DNA of 48,864 nucleotides from Candidatus Omnitrophota bacterium (lineage in GTDB: Bacteria; Omnitrophota; Gorgyraeia; 2-02-FULL-51-18): contig JACQQY010000001.1 in NCBI GenBank assembly GCA_016206825.1, positions 1-48,864 of the forward strand. The letters are read 5' to 3'. The position numbers and the translations under genes were made by a program. Positions 44,624 to 48,864 of this stretch are shown here, in pieces. Under the pieces are notes generated by a model. The model did not search any database and was not told where the DNA came from. It saw only the letters and a program-made list of their open reading frames with translations. Within the stretch, counting starts at the first letter, position 1. Each line of letters opens with the position of its first letter.

Positions 44624-44653
44624 TTGACAGCGTAACTTCTTGTGTGATAAGAT
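44624..44653 (+). promoter_or_regulatory. Putative promoter of the HU/IHF gene
   Basis: TTGACA (44624-44629), 18 nt, TAAGAT (44648-44653), with an upstream TG. Confidence 0.4.
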
Positions 44654-44689
44654 GATGCAAAATTTACAATTTGTGGGAGGGGTGCCGGC

Positions 44690-44968
44690 ATGGCGGTGAC
44701 GAAGAAAGAGATTGTGATGAAAATCGCGGAGGAGACGGGGATCAAGCAGTTGGAGGTGAAGCGCGTGGTCCAGGCCGTTTTGGATAAAATTATCGGGTAT
44801 TTGGCGGCGGGGCAAAAGGTTGAGCTTCGGAATTTCGGGGTTTTTAAGGTGAAATCCCGGCGGGGGCGCTTGGGACGCAACCCGCGCACGGGCCAGGAGG
44901 TGCCGGTTCCTCCGAAAAAGGCGGTGGCGTTTAAGGCGGGTTTGATCATGAAGAGGGACGTGAGGTAA
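44690..44968 (+). CDS. HU/IHF-family DNA-binding protein
   Basis: 92 aa. KKEIVMKIAEETGIKQLEVKRVVQAVLDKI...VELRNFGVFKVKSRRGRLGRNPRTGQEVPVPPKKAVAFKAG is the canonical family pattern. Confidence 0.85.
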   Translation: MAVTKKEIVMKIAEETGIKQLEVKRVVQAVLDKIIGYLAAGQKVELRNFGVFKVKSRRGRLGRNPRTGQEVPVPPKKAVAFKAGLIMKRDVR

Positions 44969-44980
44969 GGGGAAAGGCAG

Positions 44981-46234
44981 ATGCATTTTCAGCGGTTGAG
45001 GGGTTTTCCGGACATAGTCGGGGAGGAAGCGCCGCTTTTTGCGAAGGCGGAGGCTGTCGCGCGGGAGGTTTTTCCTCTGTTTGGGTTTCGGGAGATCCGC
45101 ACGCCCCTTTTGGAGGAAAAAGGTCTTTTTACCCACGCGCTGGGAACGCAGACCGACGTGGTGCAGAAGGAGATGTATGAGTTTGAAGACCGTTCAAAAA
45201 CGAGGGTGGTCCTTCGCCCGGAGGGGACGGCGGGAGTCGTGCGCGCTTATATCGAAAACCATTTTCAGAAAAACGAAGGGCTGTCAAAATTTTTTTACCT
45301 GGGGCCCATGTTTCGGAGCGAGCGGCCTCAGGCCGGCCGGCTTCGGCAGTTTCACCAGGTGGGCGTGGAGACGCTCGGCAGTTCGAGCCCCTGCGCGGAT
45401 GCGGAAACCATCCAAGCGCTTGTCGCTTTTCTGGACCGGATGGGGGTAGATGGCTATGAGATTCGGTTGAATCATTTGGGGACGTTTGAGGAACGCGGCC
45501 ATTTGCGGACGGCTTTAAAGGAGTATTTCCATTCGCATTTGGGGGATCTTTGCGAGGATTGTCAAAATCGGGTCGAGAAAAACGTCTTTCGGGTGTTGGA
45601 TTGCAAAAGGCCCGCCTGCCGGAAAATCATAGAGAAGTCGCCGCCCATCGCCGGTTATTTGTCCCCTGAAAGCAAAGACGTTTTTAAGAAGGTCGAGGAC
45701 GCTCTTTCCGCCTGCGGCATCGGTTACCGCGTCGATCCCTACATGGTCAGGGGGCTCGATTATTACACCCAAACGGTTTTCGAGGTTTCTCATCCCAAGC
45801 TGGGGGCGCAGGATGCGCTTGCGGCGGGAGGGCGTTACGACCATTTGATTGAATCATTGGGAGGCATGCCCGCCGGGGCGGTGGGGTTTGCCGCAGGCGT
45901 TGAGCGGCTCTTGATGAGCCTTCCTTCCGGCTCCGAGGAGATTTCGGGCGCTTCGTTTTTTGTGGCGACTTTGGGAGAGGAGGCGCTCAAAGCCGGCTTC
46001 GGGCTTCTGTGGAAATTGCGCCGGGAAGGCGTAAAGGCCGTGATGGATTTTGAGGCGAAGTCGTTGAAGAGCCAGCTCCGTGCGGCGGATAAAGAGAAGA
46101 GCCGGTATGTGGTGATCCTTGGGGAGAATGAGTTAAAAAGAGAAAGCTTGGTTTTAAAAGATATGCAGAACGGGGCGCAAGAGGAAATCAGTTTGGACAA
46201 AGCGGTGGAGTGTTTGAAAGGAAAAGCAAAATAA
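44981..46234 (+). CDS. hisS: Histidine--tRNA ligase
   Basis: 417 aa with RGFPDIV, class II motifs (LRPEGTAGVVRAY, GGRYDHL), and a C-terminal anticodon-binding domain. Confidence 0.95.
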   Translation: MHFQRLRGFPDIVGEEAPLFAKAEAVAREVFPLFGFREIRTPLLEEKGLFTHALGTQTDVVQKEMYEFEDRSKTRVVLRPEGTAGVVRAYIENHFQKNEGLSKFFYLGPMFRSERPQAGRLRQFHQVGVETLGSSSPCADAETIQALVAFLDRMGVDGYEIRLNHLGTFEERGHLRTALKEYFHSHLGDLCEDCQNRVEKNVFRVLDCKRPACRKIIEKSPPIAGYLSPESKDVFKKVEDALSACGIGYRVDPYMVRGLDYYTQTVFEVSHPKLGAQDALAAGGRYDHLIESLGGMPAGAVGFAAGVERLLMSLPSGSEEISGASFFVATLGEEALKAGFGLLWKLRREGVKAVMDFEAKSLKSQLRAADKEKSRYVVILGENELKRESLVLKDMQNGAQEEISLDKAVECLKGKAK

Positions 46235-47988
46235 TGCTTCGCACGCACACTTGTGGTGAATTGATGGAAAAAGATATCGGCCGGGAAGTTGAGCTTTGCG
46301 GCTGGGTGGATACGGTTCGGGATCACGGGGGGCTTCTTTTTATCGATTTGAGAGACCGTTACGGAAAGACCCAGCTTGTGGCTTCGGGAGCAGGGTGGGT
46401 TGTGGGACATTCTTTCAAACCGGAGGATTACGTCCGCGTCAAAGGCAAAGTCCAACGGCGGCCCAAGGGCACTGAGAATCCTAATTTGCTTACGGGTCAG
46501 ATTGAGGTGGCGATAGAGTTCCCTTTGCTGGATAGCACGACCTGCAAGCCTTTGCCTTTTGAAGTGGTTAAAAGCCGTGAGACCAACGAGGATTTGCGGC
46601 TCAAGTACCGTTTTTTGGATCTTCGCAATCCTGCCGTGCAGAAAAATCTTTTTGCCAGGCACAAAGCCTATCAGGCGATCCGCCGCGCGCTCGATGAGCG
46701 TCATTTTATCGAAGTGGAAACTCCGATCTTGACGAAATCCACGCCTGAAGGGGCGAGAGATTATTTGGTGCCGAGCCGTTTGAATCAAGGCGAGTTTTAC
46801 GCTCTGCCGCAGTCGCCTCAGCTTTTCAAACAACTTCTCATGGTTTCGGGTTTTGACCGCTATTTTCAGATTGCCAAGTGTTTCCGCGACGAGGACTTGC
46901 GGGCGGACCGCCAGCCCGAGTTCACTCAGCTTGACATGGAAATGTCTTTTATCACCGAGGAAGACGTTTTCACCGTGGTGGAAAAAGTGTTGGAGGCGAT
47001 TTTCAAAGAAGTGCTGAACCAGGATTTAAAAACGCCTTTTCGGCGGCTTTCGTACCAGGAAGCGATCAATCAATACGGCACCGATAAGCCGGATTTACGG
47101 TTTGATCTGGCGGTTCAGTGTCTTAACGAAATAGCTGCCGATTCGGAATTCAAGGTGTTTAAGGACGTTGTTTCTAAAACCGACGGGGCTGTCGTAGGTA
47201 TCTGCGTTCCTCAGGGCGGATCGGCTTCGAGAAAGGATATCGATACGCTTACGGATTTTGTGAAAAACGAAGGCGCTTTGGGGCTTGCTTATTTTAAAGT
47301 TGTGAACGGCGCCCTCGACTCGCCGATATCCAAGTTTTTTACTCCAAACGTTCAAGGTCGATTCATTCAGAAATTTGCGGCGGCGGACGGCGACTTGATT
47401 TTATTGATTGCCGATGAGCTTAAAAAAGCAATAAAGATCGCCGGCGCATTAAGGCTTTACGCTGCGAAGCGGGAAAATTTGGTGGACGGCAAACGGTTTG
47501 ATTTCAATTGGGTCACTGATTTTCCTTTGTTTCAGTGGAACGAAGAGGAAAAACACTGGGAGAGCGAGCATCATCCTTTTACGTCGCCGAATATGGAAGA
47601 TTGGGTGAAATACAAAAAGACGGGGGAGCTTGGGAAAATCCGTTCCTCGGCCTATGACCTTGTTCTGAACGGCAGTGAGATAGGCAGTGGGTCCATCCGT
47701 ATTCACAGACGAAGCGTTCAACAGGAGGTTTTTGAGGCGATTGGTTTGGGAAAAGAGGAGATTGAGAGGCGTTTTGGATTTCTTCTGAGAGCTTTTGAAT
47801 TCGGCGCGCCGCCGCATGGGGGGATTGCGCTGGGGGTCGACCGGCTTTTGACGATTCTCTTGGGGCTCGACAGCATCCGCGAGGTGATTGCGTTTCCGAA
47901 AAACCAGAAAGCGGTTTGCCCGATGACCGAGGCGCCGTCGCCCGTTGCCGCCAAACAGTTGAAGGAGTTGGGAATAAAGATAGCATGA
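46234..47988 (+). CDS. aspS: Aspartate--tRNA ligase
   Basis: ATG 46234 (TAATG overlap with hisS) gives MLRTHTCGEL. Motifs: FIDLRDRYG, QSPQLFKQLLM, FRDEDLRADRQPEFTQLD, GGIALGVDRL. Confidence 0.95.
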   Translation: MLRTHTCGELMEKDIGREVELCGWVDTVRDHGGLLFIDLRDRYGKTQLVASGAGWVVGHSFKPEDYVRVKGKVQRRPKGTENPNLLTGQIEVAIEFPLLDSTTCKPLPFEVVKSRETNEDLRLKYRFLDLRNPAVQKNLFARHKAYQAIRRALDERHFIEVETPILTKSTPEGARDYLVPSRLNQGEFYALPQSPQLFKQLLMVSGFDRYFQIAKCFRDEDLRADRQPEFTQLDMEMSFITEEDVFTVVEKVLEAIFKEVLNQDLKTPFRRLSYQEAINQYGTDKPDLRFDLAVQCLNEIAADSEFKVFKDVVSKTDGAVVGICVPQGGSASRKDIDTLTDFVKNEGALGLAYFKVVNGALDSPISKFFTPNVQGRFIQKFAAADGDLILLIADELKKAIKIAGALRLYAAKRENLVDGKRFDFNWVTDFPLFQWNEEEKHWESEHHPFTSPNMEDWVKYKKTGELGKIRSSAYDLVLNGSEIGSGSIRIHRRSVQQEVFEAIGLGKEEIERRFGFLLRAFEFGAPPHGGIALGVDRLLTILLGLDSIREVIAFPKNQKAVCPMTEAPSPVAAKQLKELGIKIA

Positions 47989-48428
47989 TAGAAGTCCGGT
48001 CGGCGAAGGGGCTCGGGAAGATCAGCGTCCGGTGGATCAAAAAAGTCATCAGCCGCACGTTGGAATCGGAGAAAGCAAAACGGAGAAGCGTCACGGTTCT
48101 TTTGACGAACGATCAAGAGATTCGCAGGCTCAATAAACGTTACCTCCGTCATGACCGGGCGACGGACGTGATTTCGTTTTGGCTGGAGGAAAATTCGCTC
48201 ACGCGGACGGAGGCGGATTACTTGGGTGATGTGGCCCTTTCCGTGGAAATGGCCGGAAGAACAGCCAAGCGCATGGGCATTCCTTTCCGCGAGGAACTGG
48301 CGCGGTACCTTGTTCACGGGGTTCTTCATCTTTTGGGGTATCAAGACGAAAACCCCCGTGATAAAAAAGTGATGGAAGAAAGGCAGGAGCGTCTCTTATG
48401 CCTCATCGCACCTTTTTCCAAAGCCTGA
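47985..48428 (+). CDS. ybeY: Endoribonuclease YbeY (rRNA maturation)
   Basis: ATG 47985 (ATGA overlap with aspS). ATDVISF and the zinc motif HGVLHLLGYQDE. Confidence 0.9.
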   Translation: MIEVRSAKGLGKISVRWIKKVISRTLESEKAKRRSVTVLLTNDQEIRRLNKRYLRHDRATDVISFWLEENSLTRTEADYLGDVALSVEMAGRTAKRMGIPFREELARYLVHGVLHLLGYQDENPRDKKVMEERQERLLCLIAPFSKA

Positions 48429-48864
48429 ACGACGCGGTCGAAGGTTTCTTCTACGTGGTGAAGAATGAGCGCAACATGCGCATTCATTTTTTTCTCGCCT
48501 TTTTTATCGTTCTTTCGGGCGCGTTGTTGGGCGTAAGGGGCCTCGAGTGGGTCGTGCTTTGCACGGCGCTTACGTTTTTGCTCGTGACGGAGATGATCAA
48601 CACGGTGGTGGAGGAGATCACCGATTTTGTCGAGAGCTCGACCCATCCGACCGTCCGCATCATCAAGGACATGTCGGCGGGGGCGGTGCTTTTAAGCGCG
48701 GTGAACGCGCTGGTCGTCGTGTTTTTTATTTTTTCCAAGCACGTCACTTGGCCCTTGCAGTTTACGGCCCTTCAGGTGCGCCATGCGCCGTGGCACGTTT
48801 CGTTTATAGCGCTTCTCATGATCGTGTTCTTGGTGGTGACGGTGAAAACGGTTTTTCACCGGGG
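48398..48864 (+). CDS. dgkA: Diacylglycerol/undecaprenol kinase (DgkA family), 3' end outside window
   Basis: Not in the ORF track because no stop is reached. ATG 48398, open to the window end. NERNMRIHF and the TEMINTVVEEITD motif (E..N..xE...D) are typical of prokaryotic DgkA. Overlaps the ybeY end. Confidence 0.75.
   Translation, partial: MPHRTFFQSLNDAVEGFFYVVKNERNMRIHFFLAFFIVLSGALLGVRGLEWVVLCTALTFLLVTEMINTVVEEITDFVESSTHPTVRIIKDMSAGAVLLSAVNALVVVFFIFSKHVTWPLQFTALQVRHAPWHVSFIALLMIVFLVVTVKTVFHR

Overview
This is a 48.9 kb chromosomal segment from a diderm (outer-membrane-bearing) bacterium. Hand counts put the housekeeping genes at roughly mid-50s to 60s %GC. About 75% of the window is a + strand run of conserved core genes: ftsH-folP-cdaA-ybbR-pdxJ-acpS-nnrD, a tRNA Thr-Tyr-Gly cluster, gatCAB, tsaD, polA, glgA, coaE, rho, rpmE, prfA-prmC, murA, rpsP-trmD-rplS-rnhB-guaA-dnaE, and hup-hisS-aspS-ybeY-dgkA. 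Many have 4-nt ATGA/TAATG start-stop overlaps. Accessory DNA interrupts this backbone at five places. (1) A Bro-N/DinD-like orphan gene lies between yibQ and tsaD (13.4-14.4 kb). (2) Tandem VapBC and Phd-VapC modules are followed by a MITE-like element (24.0-25.9 kb). (3) A toxin-antitoxin cluster (27.4-29.4 kb) holds intact HigBA and RelE/AbrB pairs, a decayed BrnTA pair and REP-like palindromes. (4) A lower-GC island of about 6.7 kb between dnaE and hup (37.9-44.7 kb) carries AbiEi/AbiEii (AbiEii has about 140 extra C-terminal residues), an SDH-family ClpP-fold serine protease, a convergent XRE repressor, a small divergent ORF, an OMP/membrane/lipoprotein trio and BrnTA. (5) ino1 and a DASS transporter are the only clear minus-strand non-TA genes. 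The most interesting signal is a conserved 60-75 nt element present three times, each directly upstream of an accessory gene: the Bro-N gene, the SDH protease and the OMP operon. It has a structure-preserving hairpin whose 3' arm is a Shine-Dalgarno-like AGGAGG. Together with the protease/XRE/small-ORF cluster, it is my best candidate for an undescribed regulatory or defence-like system. All calls rest on reading the sequence and translations by eye; no database search was run.
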